Shown here one piece after another: positions 12,605 to 27,123 of a DNA stretch of 64,000 nt (its first letter is position 1; every line of letters starts with the position of its first letter). Below the pieces are notes generated by a model, which was not told where the DNA came from, did not search any database, and worked only from the letters and a program-made list of their open reading frames with translations. The translations under genes were made by a program, and so were the position numbers. This DNA is from Amphiscolops sp. MND2022 (Eukaryota). The stretch lies in assembly GCA_964187785.1 (NCBI GenBank), contig OZ076409.1, forward strand, positions 16,184,001 to 16,248,000, given 5' to 3'.

Positions 12605-14439
12605 ATTTGGTGCGACTTGTAAAATTTCATGCCTTTTCTCCTGGATGATTTCTCTTCTCTCAACAATCATACAAATACCACTCTCCATATTTGAAATTCT
12701 CTGGAATTGCAGTGAAATCTTTCTAGAATTCCTTGAAAGTTTAGTCTGTGACTTTCTGAATTTCATCAATAAATACATCATCGTTCGAAACACAATTTCT
12801 CCACTACAAAAATCAATTTAAATATAACAAATTTTCTTCACTACCGGTTTATCACGTTTTCTAACACGTTGACACGGTTCTTCTTCCTGTTCTTTTGCCA
12901 TACCGGTTTATCACGTTTTCCAATACGTTGAAACGGTTTCATTTCGGACTGATTTATCCAAAGTGACACAGTTTTGTTCTCTATACTGATTTATCACAGC
13001 TAATCCGGAAGCTTGTTGAAACAGTTCTTTGACGTTTGTCTGGTTGATCAAGGTTTTCTAACACCTTTGACACAGCAACTTTCTTCAATCCTGCTATCTT
13101 GAACGTCAGGTGGACTCGTGGTGTAATAGTTGATTGAGTTCATGTCCAGCTCCGCTCACCTATAAGCACATACGTCTCAAGATCAACTTCGTGTTGGCAG
13201 AAAACCTGGATTTTCTACTTTTACGTTTCGGATCCGTTTTCTACGAAAAATTCCTCCAACTAGTTTTCAGAAATAGACTCTGAATACAAAAAAAGGCAAC
13301 CAAGAATATCTACAACAAACAATCAGGCACTATTCCATTTCTTTTCTAATTGTCGACATCCAATACAAATAATTTCACATAAATTTAAACAATACAAATA
13401 ACTTCAAAACCTAAATACAACAATAATAACAACACAATATACACTTAACCTTATATCTAGTACTTCCAATAGTAATAATTTTAACATAATCCTACAAATC
13501 AATTATTTTAACAAAATACCACATACAATTCTCACAACTCTTTTGCTTTAAAACATAAAATAAGGCATGTAAATAACACAAACACAGTAAAGTTAGTTTT
13601 CTACTTTCAGGCACCCACAATTCCTATCCCCTCCCGTAAGTCTTAGCCAATCAGACAGCCTCACCAGCTTACTCTCATTCTAAGACTGACTAAAAACCTT
13701 AGTTAAGTGTAAACGTCTTTAAGGAGAATCGAGAAGACACCGAACTACGTTCGAATCTTCAAAATTCTCAGAAAGTAAAAGTAAAAGTAAAAGAAACAAA
13801 GATCAAACTTTGATCTTGATCAGTATTGATCAGACTTTGGATAGTGGACGTTGATTGTTCAGAGTTCCACTCCCTTAGTCTTAAAACACACAACCCACTT
13901 AAAATTAAAACAATCTTAGTTTTTCTGGACGTGTCAGTAACCTTATGTTAGACACCTTAAAGTGATCCAGACTTAAAACAACATTTAGTTTCTGTTAGCA
14001 ATCCTTTGAGGTTGAATACAGATCCTACTGCATCCGCTTCTTTTCTCTAACCAAAACTATTAACTTCTCAAACAACATCAAATTATAATACAAATTATAT
14101 GAACCCTAACATATACAACCAAGCAATTTATCCTTTCAACTTTTACATTCCGCCAATTAGCTCCCTTCAAAACCCTACAGCAAACGATTTTGAAAGATTA
14201 ATTGAACGATATCAACAATATTTTTTCTTTATCATAAATCAACAACGACATTACCCAAGAGCTCCAACTTAGAAAATATCTATAAAAATCAATTGCAACG
14301 TTCTCACCTTCACATTATAACATGTGGGAAAAGGTTACCACAGTAGTACTCATTACAACATACACGTTTTGTGTCTTATTTATAGTTTGTGTTCTTCTTG
14401 AAAAAATACTTACGGTGATAAGAGACAAACTTTAGAAAA

Positions 14440-15225
14440 ATGTCCTTAACAACAACCTATTTACCTTTTCAAACCCCCATCATTAAAAATGCAAAAGTTG
14501 TAAAATTAGAACTAAACCCATTCCTACAAAACATTATTTCACATTATACACAATCACTCCCATTTGAAAATGAACAACACACAATTGAAACAATCACTCT
14601 TATTAGAGAACATTTGGACACATACCTTTTCTATAATAGATACAAAGTTTTAACAATCACCGAAGAATACCCAACTTTTCAAATCTCTTTTCTTCAACAA
14701 AGACTTAACTCATCTCATATATACAGAAGAACAATAAACCCAATAAACCTTCAAGTTCCTATTAAACAAGTTTTTCATGCTTTACTAAACAATGTAAAAG
14801 ACCACAACTTAGCACAGGAAATTCCAAAATTTAGTCCAAATGCACTCGACGACCTTCAACGATACATAGACAATTTCGACGTAGAAATTATTGAAAGATT
14901 AGTTATTCCTGAAGACAATCCCCATCATTGGTTACAAGCTGATATATTACGAATTCAAAATTTCATCTACCATTACTTGAAAGACTTAACATTAAGTGAC
15001 CAAACAATTCCTCAGATCAAAGTAATATCTTTATTTCTCAGTAAATACTTCAGATTTAATTATCAACTACTATGGTCACAACAAGATCAATCTGCTTTTA
15101 CAGCATTTCCAAATCATTTTACATTAGAAGAATGTTTACCATTCATCATCAGTGAACAAAATGAACATCCTTACTTTCATAAACCACAATCAATTACAAC
15201 AAACCTTAGATTACATACGTTTTGA
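14440..15225 (+). CDS. Unknown ORF upstream of gag core (extra ORF or piece of a long Gag N-terminus)
   Basis: 261-codon ORF, same strand and A/C-rich composition as the element; no motif recognised. Confidence 0.5.
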   Translation: MSLTTTYLPFQTPIIKNAKVVKLELNPFLQNIISHYTQSLPFENEQHTIETITLIREHLDTYLFYNRYKVLTITEEYPTFQISFLQQRLNSSHIYRRTINPINLQVPIKQVFHALLNNVKDHNLAQEIPKFSPNALDDLQRYIDNFDVEIIERLVIPEDNPHHWLQADILRIQNFIYHYLKDLTLSDQTIPQIKVISLFLSKYFRFNYQLLWSQQDQSAFTAFPNHFTLEECLPFIISEQNEHPYFHKPQSITTNLRLHTF

Positions 15226-16093
15226 TCCTCTATTAATTACAGAAAATGATCTATTTGCAGACAATAGACCTTACCACTAAAAACAAAATTCTCAAGATCA
15301 ACAAAATTTACATTTTAACACTAACAATTTAACTGAAGATGATAACACCGATCAGGAAAATACAACCCAACAACAGAATCAACCTGAAAACTATAACGAT
15401 AATGAGTTTACTACCCAAGAATCTACAATTTCAACACATAATCCATCACAAACAGGGACATCAACATCAGTACATACTCAATCTTTTAGAGTTCCCACTA
15501 GAGTTGTAAACCAAAGACAAACTACACATAGTCCTCAATCTCACTTAGCTACATCTCCAAACCGTAATATAACTTTTAACCTTCCACATACAGATGACAC
15601 ACACGATGAAACCCATGATACATTACAGGATGATATTCTGACTACATCTAGTGCTCAGAATACTTCTGTTAATGTTGCATCTCCAACAAGAACTAATCCT
15701 GATTATACAAGATACATCACTCGACCTAGATATGATCCTCCATCAATTCCCTCCGCCTTTCGCTCAAACAGATCGACCTCTTCCAACAACAATTTTAATG
15801 ATAATCCCCAAACTTCCAATTGATATTACGATCCATTTAATTATAACTTTTATCCTCCATCAAATACAACTAACAATACAAATACCAACCAACATCACTC
15901 TCAAATTAATACAACTTCAACTACACAAAACCCCTTCATACAATTATCAAATACCAATACTTCACAGAATATATATTCTCAAAATCAAAGAACCTCGTAT
16001 ACTTCCACTTCTTTTTCTAATATCACAAAGGATTCTCAAAGAAGACTTCATAATCCTCCACTTACACATATACCAACTGATCCTCTGTATCAG

Positions 16094-17510
16094 ATGCATC
16101 CAAATCCAAATCCTAACCCTAATCCTAATCCATTACCACCAAATACAATCCAACATATACCTCCTCAACTCACACAACAATTAGCCCCTCCACCCCAATA
16201 TTTACAAATGCCACAAGATACCTTTATAAACATGTCCGCTTCAATACCAGAACCTATGAAACCTTTTGATGGTTTGGACCATTCTTATACCCCTGAAGAA
16301 TATCTACAACAAGTCGAAGCAAGATTAACCTTCGCCATAGGTGAAGAACCTCAAAATAATCCTATAAAACACAAATCTTGGCATAACAGACGCATGGCTT
16401 ACATACAATGTTCATTAACAGGAACAGCTCTCGATTGGTACACTAACCTCCATATATCATATAAACAACAATGGAATTCTTTTGTACAATTATTCAAAAT
16501 ACAATTCTCATCTCAAAAAACTGCTTACTACGCTCAAGTAGAAGCCATGTCACTCATGAAAAAGGATAATGAAACAGTTCGCCATTTCGCCCTTAGAGTA
16601 CAACAATTAGTTAAAAAGGGATGGTGTAATGAAAATGCAGCTACCATAAATCTCAAAAATAATGAAATCTTTACAAAAGGGTTACCAAAAAAGTTAAAAG
16701 ACTTTGGCCATAAACGACAAGTTAAACATGTATCAACATTACTTGAACCTTCAATACCTTTTCACACACTTGTTAGACATGTCGATTCTGGAGATATTGC
16801 TAATGAAAAAATTAGAACTAACGACTTAGCTCTAGAAATAAACAAAGTATCGCTTGAAGATGATACTAACAAAAAAGAATTTGAACATGAAGATCAGATA
16901 ATGGTTACTCAATCTGGAGACCCAAATAACAAAAGCAAACCAGCGTATAGAAAATATTGTTCCTATTGTCACAAAAATAATCATAGTATTTCAAATTGTT
17001 ATCAAAAACAACGTGATGACGAATACCAGAAATACAATAACCAAAGATCACGAACTCCTCAACAATCCTTTGTACAATATTTTCGCAGTAAACCTAATAA
17101 TCCTCAAAAAAATCGAAATGACAATACAAATCCTTATTCCTCAGATAATGATTGTAATAAATATAATCAAAATTACTATAATGATAGATACAGAAACAAT
17201 GATAGATATCGTAGCAATAGTAGAGAATAATCGCAAAACAACTATAGATCAAACTCTCGACAAAGATATTATAAACGATCCCGAAGTCCGTATAGATCTC
17301 GATTTGATAATTATTATCAAAGAAGAACTCCATCTAGATCTCCATATAGATCTCCATACAGAAATAACTCAAATTACAGATATAATTCTCGCTCAAGATA
17401 CAGATCTCGTTCTCAATCACAAGGAAACTCCTTTGAACGATATAAGTATCCATATAGATCTCCATCAAGAGCTAGAGATTTTAGATCAAGATCTAGAATA
17501 CCCTCAAGAA
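16094..17510 (+). pseudogene. gag: Gag (capsid-like region, CCHC knuckle, RS-rich tail)
   Basis: PFDG...LTGTALDWY...F capsid-like pattern; CSYCHKNNHSISNC knuckle; frame continues past the stop at 17230 into RSRSPYRS repeats. Confidence 0.85.
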
Positions 17511-20500
17511 ACACAACAAAACAGAATAAATCAAGTAGACGTTAAATCTGCAAGAGAAAATGATAGTACAAAATTTGAAATCCACACCTGTCAAATAACT
17601 GAAATAGCTAAGACAATCACTCCTTATAGTTGGTTTTATCCACTATATATTCACGCTTCTGAAACAAATGATAACATATTACCTTCAAAATTAGAAATCT
17701 TATTCCTCTTAGATACTGGAGCATCCATATCTGTTTTGAATTTACCAACATTTCATGTAATTTCCAAACAATTAAACATCAATGTTCCAACTAACCTCCA
17801 AAACAAAAGAGCCAAAACTCTTACAGTTGCAAACCAAACTGAAGTACCAATAATACATTATATTTCGATGACCTGTTTCACTGAAGTAAATCACAAAACA
17901 CGATCCTTCAATATCGATTTCGCCGTAGCAAATATCAAATACAACATTCTTGGAACACACTTTTTCAAAAAACACATCCAAAATATTGATTTTTAACAAA
18001 AAATTATGACGTACATAGAACAACATCCAAAGCTTCCAACAAAAAGAACATTTTCCACATTTACTGAAAAAGATTACCCATATATTTCTTACATTTATAC
18101 TATTAAATGTTAGGAACCAATTCACTTTAAACCAAGGTCAGGAAAAACCATACATTTCCCAATTAAAAACTATTCAAATCTACATTTTGAACTTGAAGAT
18201 AATCCAAAATTCTATCCAACAAACCCATATACATATTTCTTACAAAAATTCAAAAATATCTTTCATTTCTTAGATATGATAGTCAATGAAAAAAGCAAAG
18301 ACTGATGTGCAACCATAATTCAAAACTTTACATCTTACCCAGCTACATTACCACGAGGAATTATTGGATATATAGAAATACCTATTACTCAAACAACTCC
18401 TCCTCACTACAGAGTCAACGATGTAAATTCACTTATTCACTCTGTAATACATGCGTATCACCCTGATACCACAACTCCGATTAAACAAAATCCTTATGTA
18501 GATATGAACTTATGTACTAGGGTAACACCCCATTCCCTATTAGAAATTAACAAGATAGAAATCAACGACAAAACACTTCAACTTCCTATACCTTCTGTTA
18601 CTGGAAACCTTCGACCCTCAGACAAAATTCGGAAAGATTTCCCTCCATTACCCTATTCTACAGAAAATCAACAATTCATAAAGAAGTTCAATTTTTAATA
18701 CTCAGATTTAACCGATACAGAATATGTAAACCTCTGCAATATTCTGATTGATAACCAAAATTGTTACGCCAAACATGAGAACGACGTAGGAAAGATTTCT
18801 ACTCCCTTTCGAATTAGAATAAAAGATAATTGTAAACTTCACACACAAAGACCTTCTAAAGTACCTATTCACTATAGAGATAGACTAAATAAACTTTTAT
18901 TAGAACTTGAAAAATACAACATCATAAAACAAATTGGTTCAACAACAGATAAAAAACATACTATTGGAACAACATTTTTAAACCCTTTAATTATTATCCC
19001 AAAAGGAGACGCAATAAAAGTTGTTTTAGACGCAAGACATCTAAACTCAAACACTAACCAAGAACTTGAGTCTTGGCCTATTGAACCTGTAGCTCCTCAA
19101 TTAGCTAGAGCCAATAAAAAATACAAATCAACTATTGATCTAATGTATGCATATGCTCATACACCATTAGACGAAGAAACATTTAAACTTACAGGATTTT
19201 CATCCGGTGACAAATTATACGCCTTTATCCGTGGATTTTATGGAATAAAAGGACTTCCAATCTTTTTTACAAAACAAATGCCAACTTTCTTTAGATCGCT
19301 TTTAGACAAACGTTCTGCGTTAGTTTATATCGATGATATTTTTTTACTCGCAAACGAAAAACAATAAATGTTTGAACTTATAAAAGAATTACATACAATA
19401 GCATCTCGAGAAAATCTAAAACGTGCACCTGAAAAATCATTCTACATGTTACTCAAAGTAAAATTCCTTGGACATGAAAATGGTAACAACACAATTCAAC
19501 CAATTTCATCCAAAATTGAAGCTATTAAAAGAATTCCATCACCAAAAGAAACGAAAGATGTTATGCAATTTCTTGGCAGTGTTAACTTTTATTCAAAATT
19601 CATTGAAAAACTTCATATAAACCTTAAACCATTGTATACATTACTACATGATGATGTTAAATTTCAATGGACACCTGAATTAGAAAAAATATTTCAAAAT
19701 GTTAAAAATACAATGACAGCAAACACTGAATTAACAATACCCAACACCACGCATCCATTTTTCTTAACAGTAGATGCTTCGTTAGTAGGTTTAGGCCCAG
19801 TCTTATTCCAAATGAACGAAGAAAATAAGATGAAAGTAATCTCTTATAACTCCAGAATTCTTAACACACAAGAACAAAAACTTTCAACTTTAGATAGAGA
19901 ACTTCTTGCAATAGTTTACGCATTGCAAATATATGAATTTTTGATCATTGGATCTCCTCATCCTATATACCTCTTCACAGATCACAAGCCTTTACTACAT
20001 TGTTTGGCAAAGAAAGGAAAACTTAGTCCTAGATTCTATAGAGCACAAATGCAACTAACCAAATTCTCCAAACTAAAAATCATTCATACCCCTGGAAAAA
20101 ATTTAACTGTAGCAGATATGCTTTCACGAACCTTTACAAAAGAACAGCTACAAGTAGACCAATTACGACACAAACAATTACCACCTCAAATAGATTTCTC
20201 TATCAAGAAAGATAATCAACTCAAACCAGTACATTATTTAGTAAAACATGAAGAAATAAAATATAATCAAAAGAATGATTGTCATCCTATCCTTGCTGAC
20301 TACGGAGACGACCAATTCTCTATCCGTATAAAAAACAAAGGAGAAGAAATACACATCAAGTCTTTAGATTCCTTCTCCTTTCAATCTATTGTTCCACTCG
20401 AATCAAAATATAAAAAGCCTACAAAAAACCAAGCAAAATCTCTTTTACAACAATCGACAATTCTTAATGATACTGACATTCTTAGTGATGAAGATGAAAT

Positions 20501-22060
20501 AACTCAATCAAATAATATCCAACAACAAAACTCAGACATAGTAAAAGAACACACCCTTGCTATACAAAATCCTACCAAATCCGACTATTGTAAACAACAA
20601 GTTTCATTTTTTGATCCATCGTTTTTCAAATACAAAAAATATTTTAACTACTTCTTCCTACCAGAAAATACACAAATAACCATTGAAACAATAAAAGCTC
20701 AACAAAACCAAGATACTGTTTTACAAAAGGTTTACCAATGGATACTTAATAATGAAAGACCCTTACAAATAGACCCAACAATTGCAGCTAATTCTTTCTT
20801 ATTAGTATATTACAAAATCTTCAACCAATCATATATTAATCATGATACAAAAATTATCCACATAGATTATCCTAATCTTCACGATTCCAACCCGAATCAA
20901 AGAGACAAAATATGTCTACCTTTTAAACTTTTCCACGCAGCTTTTAACAAACTTCATGCTCATGGACATACAGGAATAAAAATATCCATCAAAGCTTTCA
21001 ACCAATTTTACTTCATACCGTACTTGAATAAATGGATGTCAATATTCATCCATAATTGCATTGAATGCCAACAAAATAAACATATTTACCAAAAATTACA
21101 AACTGCATCTATACAAACCTTCTCAGAAAATGCTTCATATTTTAATTACCGAATATCAATGGATACAAAAGGACCTATAAACCCACCATCAAATCGAAAT
21201 TCATACATTCATGTTACAGTAGACACTTTTAGTCACTTTGTAGTAACAGTACCTATAAAACAAAATAATGCTCAAAACGCTGTTAACTCATTACTACATC
21301 ATTGGATAACAAAATTTGGACCTCCTGTATATCTAGTTACCGACCGTGGAACATCATACATTAATTCAGAATTTGCAAATCTTTGTACCACAATGGGAAT
21401 TAGACATTCACCAAGAACTCTTTATGCACCATGGACAAATGGTTTAGTTGAAAATCAAAAAAGAAATCTTGGAACTCATCTCAGACTTTTCTTACATAAC
21501 ACTCCAGAAAATTGGTCAACTCAAGTTCATATGTATGCTTATGCACATAATTCACAACCACTTTCTGAATTAAACTTATCTCCATATGAAATAGTATTCC
21601 ATACTATACCCAGAATTCCAATCAACTTTGAACTCAATCTCCAAAGAGATACATATAGAATTTGTACTTCTCAATATTGTCAAGAATTACCACTTCATAC
21701 ACACTATGACAAATCAAATCTAAACCCTTTCTTTCATAAAATTTTATCTAAATCAATTCCACAATGGATCTTAGCTACTGAAACTGCTATGATACAGATA
21801 TACCATACAGTATATGAAAACACAAAAAGAAAGATTAATTCCTATGCTTATTTTACAAAACATATCACAATCCAAGACCCTTAGATATTGGTACATTTGT
21901 ACTAAAAAGAAATTTTCTCCATGTTCAATTTTCCGATAAATTAAAACCTCTCACAATTGGCCCATTCAAAATTATTAACAAAATCTCCGACATAACATAT
22001 GAAATTGTTAATAAAGATGGTTATACATCGCAGATACATAGAAATCATTTAATTCCTTAT
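17510..22060 (+). pseudogene. pol: Pol (protease, RT, RNase H, integrase), interrupted
   Basis: LLDTGAS; VYIDD; TVDAS, DRELLA, TDHKPL, ADMLSR; HAHGH...CIEC, MDTKGP, TDRG, GLVE; IGPFKI (GPY/F-like); in-frame stops at 17996, 18698, 19367; boundaries approximate. Confidence 0.93.
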
Positions 22061-23201
22061 CATCCAAAAGAACCAGTTATTTTTCCTTTCCTACAACAAT
22101 ATAATCCTCATTTATTTAATGACTGTCATTCAAATATAAACGATCAAATAATTAACTCTGATGAAGACAAATTTTTTGACGAAGAACAATTTCCTTCCAC
22201 AACATCAAATAAAGAAACAGATATACCATTCACGATTGACTTACAATCAGAGTCATTTAGCCAAATTTTCTTCATTTCCATATAAACAAAAAGAACAAAT
22301 TTCTCAAAATACCTACCTGGATAACCAATCAGATATTCATGACTATGATAATTTTATTAATCCCCGAAGACACTCCTATAATAGATACAATTTCCGCCCA
22401 CAACCAAGAAAAGACTACCGACTTTTCCTTGGTGAAAACGATATAATTTCACTTTCTCAAAAATCCTGCTGAAATACGGAATACAGAAAAAAGCACACAA
22501 AGTAAATCTGAAAGAAAAGCAAAAGTTTGAAGCTTACTGTGAAACTGAATGAAAAATATTTCACAAGTGATAATAAACGAAAGAAATCGATATGAAACTA
22601 TAACTATTTTATAAATTGAGACAAACTACCTTAATACAAAGATTTCAAAATTGATAGACATATTCACTCGCCATCATCAACCACAAATAACTCTTCTTCT
22701 AGTTCAACACATTCACTCCAAAGATTACCTGAATATACAGCATATTTAAACTCAGATACAGACATACTGGATTCCTCATCCTCAAATCCCAGTCCATCCG
22801 CTCCATATACTCCTGATAGAGTACCAACAACACCCACCAATACACCAATAACCCAAACTCAAACATTAATATTAACAACTCAATCACAACCTATTTCACG
22901 AAATCTAACGTTTGTAGAAACAAATTCACCACTTTCTGACTCTAATGATGAAACACCTACAATACCAAATACACAAGATACTTCAAATATTTTAAATAGA
23001 CCTCCTCTTCCACCGATCACTACCACTCGTTCTATTCATATCCCTGATCCTAGCTCAGTCCTACAATACATAAGTTCTTGTCCACATAAAGTACCAACCG
23101 CAACGAAAACAAAAAGAAAAACTCCTTTACCTACATTACCACAAAATCTTGATTTACCATCATCAAGTAATACTCCAATAACATTTTTACCAGAACCTTC
23201 A

Positions 23202-24104
23202 TTGAAATCACCAACGAAGAAAACACAACAACACCCAACTCCTTCACCATCTGAACTAAGTTCATTCACATTTTCTCAAATATATCCCAAGCTTGAATTA
23301 CAACGTGTACATTCAACCACCACCTCTTCTTTAACAGATTTATATCATAAAGATAAAGATTCTGACTCAACTGCTAGTACTAGAGTACCAAGACATAATT
23401 ATAACCTTCGATCTCAACAACAAAGAAATTCTCAAGAAATACAATCTTTAACTAGTTCAAGTATAAACTCAAGACTACTTCGACAGCACGCCCAACCCAG
23501 ATTGGACACTTCTTCTCTTTCATCATCTCAACCCACTATACCATCTTCTCTATCACTACCATTTCAAATCACATCAGGATTTGAAACAGCTTCTCTTCTT
23601 TCTGAAGAGCCAGTAACTATATCAGATAGCGCAGCTAGTTTTTCACGAGTTTACTCACCTAGTTCAATAGCATCAAACTCTTCCATACAATTACCTGAAT
23701 ATTTTTTAGAAGATGTCTCAAGACCTCCATCACCAAATCCTCACGAATATCCTACTCGTGTTAATTCAAAAATTGTTCGCACGCTTAACGAAGATCCTCG
23801 ATACACGTACTTACCTGCAAGATTTATAAACAACAGTTCACTCTCAACTCAAAGAAAACAAAGAGAACTACGAAGATTACAAGAACAACAACTCACATTA
23901 AAATTTGAAGTAGAAGTCACATTCAACTCGCTAGGACCTCATCCATTCTCTCTTTCAACAAGAGTAGCACACAAAACAACCCCATCACCATTCATAGTCA
24001 CATCCATTTCTTACCTTTGTGACGCAGATTTACCTGAGATTAGAACAGGACATATAAACTTTTTTAATCCCTACTCCGGACTCAATTATAGATCAATATT
24101 TTAA
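23202..24104 (+). CDS. Ser/Thr/Pro-rich accessory ORF between pol and env
   Basis: 300 open codons; similar coding-like sequence extends upstream to about 22.7 kb; no known motif. Confidence 0.5.
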   Translation: MKSPTKKTQQHPTPSPSELSSFTFSQIYPKLELQRVHSTTTSSLTDLYHKDKDSDSTASTRVPRHNYNLRSQQQRNSQEIQSLTSSSINSRLLRQHAQPRLDTSSLSSSQPTIPSSLSLPFQITSGFETASLLSEEPVTISDSAASFSRVYSPSSIASNSSIQLPEYFLEDVSRPPSPNPHEYPTRVNSKIVRTLNEDPRYTYLPARFINNSSLSTQRKQRELRRLQEQQLTLKFEVEVTFNSLGPHPFSLSTRVAHKTTPSPFIVTSISYLCDADLPEIRTGHINFFNPYSGLNYRSIF

Positions 24105-24106
24105 CC

Positions 24107-26682
24107 ATGAACCAAAACACCTTTACCCTATATTTAATATACATAATACAAGTTGTTAAATACACATATATAATACACATAGTCCACTCTTTAGTTCACC
24201 CTTCAACTGTTCCTAAAGTTGACACCACCAATTCTGAAAATCATATTTCAGACCAAGATCCTAACATTTTAAACTTGATGGTATCTCATTATGATTGTGC
24301 AAAACAAAACAACTTAAGACAATTCAGTTTATTAAATGTAGAACCATGTAAACAAGCACCCTCAGATATACAACACACAAAAACCCAAGCAACAGTTTAT
24401 GTTACAGCAAAAGCTAAAAGAATAAAAGCCTTTAAATGCGAAGCATATATAAAGACTGAGAAAGTCTGGTGTTCACAAACATTCACATCTAGTAGACGAT
24501 ATGATCGTTTACAATGGGGACAAAACACATTAGAACTTCCAAAAATATTGGACCCTATTGAATGCAAAAATATGATCAGATATTTAAACGCGACTGATAG
24601 CGAAGAACTAAACAACTACAATATACAAAGCTCTTTCTCATTGTTCGACGATAGTAATTATCAAAACACAATTTAACGAATTCAGACACCATTTAGAGTA
24701 AAAAAATTAAATACATGGCATATTGGAACCTTCGTATTTGATGAAAATTATCCAGACTGGATAGTTAATGTTACACAAAATACAAACTCCAGATGTCGAT
24801 CAGACCGAGAACATTTAATTACCCGACAAAGTTGGAAACTCAGAATTGTTAACACCGCAATAGATTATGACGATAAAAACAATCAATTAATACATGACGG
24901 ACACATATTACCATGTTATCATTCAGACGGATTTTGTAAACCAACGACCAAAACTCCATATACATTAACATGGTTTGATGAAAAATTTTGCCTCATATTT
25001 CAACTTCAAGAATTCATTGGTAGAATGACACGAATCAAAGATAGATACTGGATAGAAACCGATACCTTCATTGAAACTTCAAACATCACACAAAAACTTC
25101 AAACCGAAGGAATACAAGGAACAAGATATCCTAATGTAAAAACACCACAATCAAAAGTAAGCAATCCAAGCCTTTCTCGATTTGAAATATACCCAATTGC
25201 ACAAACCTCTGTGGAAAACCTGAATCATTATTTTCAAAACAATATGATGACATCTTTGTTACATACTTAGATGGTTTTGATATGAACACAGGATTACCAA
25301 AACCACACTCAATAATTGACCAAACAATTAGTGGAAATATAATATAAGATGATTCAAACAAAAGGCATATATTCCCTGCATTGAATATATCAAACAATTT
25401 CGCCACTTTAGATTATGATGCCCACATTAATACAAAAATTGATTTCACAATAAATCATGTATTTAAATCCATGAAAGTACAAGAACTAAACACTCTTCAT
25501 ACAATATGTGAACTGGAAAGAACTCAACTAATAACGATCTTAGCTATGTCAGTTAAAAATCCTCAATTAGCCGGTTTTCTTTTAACTGGAAATCGTAGTA
25601 ACTTTCTCTACGTTGAAGGATCTACAGCATGGCTGTATGATTGCCCTCATTTTATATCACCACTATACAAGGCAGACAAATGCTTTGATAGAATTCCTAT
25701 ACACTACAGAGAAACGATAATGTATGTTGACCCAATAACAAGACAAACTTTTAACTATGCAACACCAATTGAATGTGGAAATAACCCACAAAATATAATA
25801 GAATTAGATCCAGATTCTAACGACGGAGATTTTTATGTGTTAACACCAGAACCACTTAAACGAGAAGCACCACAAATGTTTAAACCTACCCAAATTAAAA
25901 CAACAATCACTCCTAATACATTTACCGCCCAAGATGCCGGTATATACTCAAATGCAGAATTAGATCAATTCTGGAATAGAGTACTATTTGCTAAACATTC
26001 TGACACAACTCTCCAATTACTTGGAAAATCATTAAGCTATGATTTCATCTCAATGCATAATGATAAACACTCATACTCAGGACATAATCCCTATAATCAA
26101 TAAGGATTGGAGTACATGACCACTTGTTAAACCTTTTACCACTTTTTAACCCTGACTGGTTCAGTCAAGCATTCATTAATTTCTTTGGATATCCATGTTA
26201 TGTTTTAACTCAATGTGGAAATTATTTTTCAACATTTCTTTTCATTAGAGAAGTTTTAACATTTTTACTCAAATTCTACAGAACAATTAGCATAAAATAT
26301 AATCTCCAAAGCAAACATTTCCATTTTGAGTTCAATAGCCCATGGATTTTTTAATATAGTTACATCGGAAATGGTAACCGATTTAAACAATACAGGAAAA
26401 CGAAAACGGATATATACTGAACACAAAATTCCAACAAGTGAAAATGATAATATCCTATTGCCGGAAAAAGAATTAAACAATAAACGAAGACACTCTGATA
26501 CTGACTCCCCTTATTTACCTCTTAAATATTCCAGTAAGAATTCAACATTTCAATCACCGCAAAAGACACACCCAACTAATGTAAACGATATTAATTCTCA
26601 GGACTATGACCCAATAATGTCAAATGTAATAGCTGTACCGGAAAGTCCTGCTAAAGTTTTTTTAAAATTCAATCCCTCCTAG
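24107..26682 (+). pseudogene. env: Envelope-like glycoprotein, class III fusion protein type (chuvirus G / herpes gB-like), interrupted
   Basis: Hydrophobic N-terminus; HYDC..FSLLNVEPC..AFKC; LYDC..KCFDRIPI..VDPITR..PIEC; AGIYS..LDQF; hydrophobic segment about 26.17-26.28 kb; split over track ORFs 24107, 25025, 25381, 26124, 26326. Confidence 0.75.
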
Positions 26683-27123
26683 CTGAGAAGCAATAACTTA
26701 AAAAACAAATTAACCTCAGTAAAAGTTCAAAAAATTATCAACTAAATTCTTCTCAGTAATAACTTTCATTCAAACCCAGATTCTCACTCGGACCGGTCTC
26801 TCCTTTTCAACTCAACAACAAATTCACTTGCCCACCACAACTCAACTCTCAACCAGAAGACTTCAACTGGATTTTCAGTCCATCTAAAAGACCGAAATCA
26901 CAGAAGTTTCTATTCCTGGAATAGATGTCACTGTGATTGTTGATGTTTTCAACCCATCATTGACTCAGTATTCCCATATTGTAAGTACAATTTAAACTTT
27001 AATTTTACCAAACAATTTAATGGATAAAAAAGATATAACGAAATTTTTCCTTATTATTAGAAATAAGATAATCAAACGTTATAATCATTATTTTAGCTCT
27101 ACAAAAACACGCAAGTTTAAATA

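Noticed and set aside
15651..17500. Ile/Leu-rich ORF 15651..16184 and the N-terminal half of ORF 17013..17996
   Set aside because: Off-frame readings of N/P/T-rich and RS-rich Gag sequence; only the C-terminal protease part of the second is real
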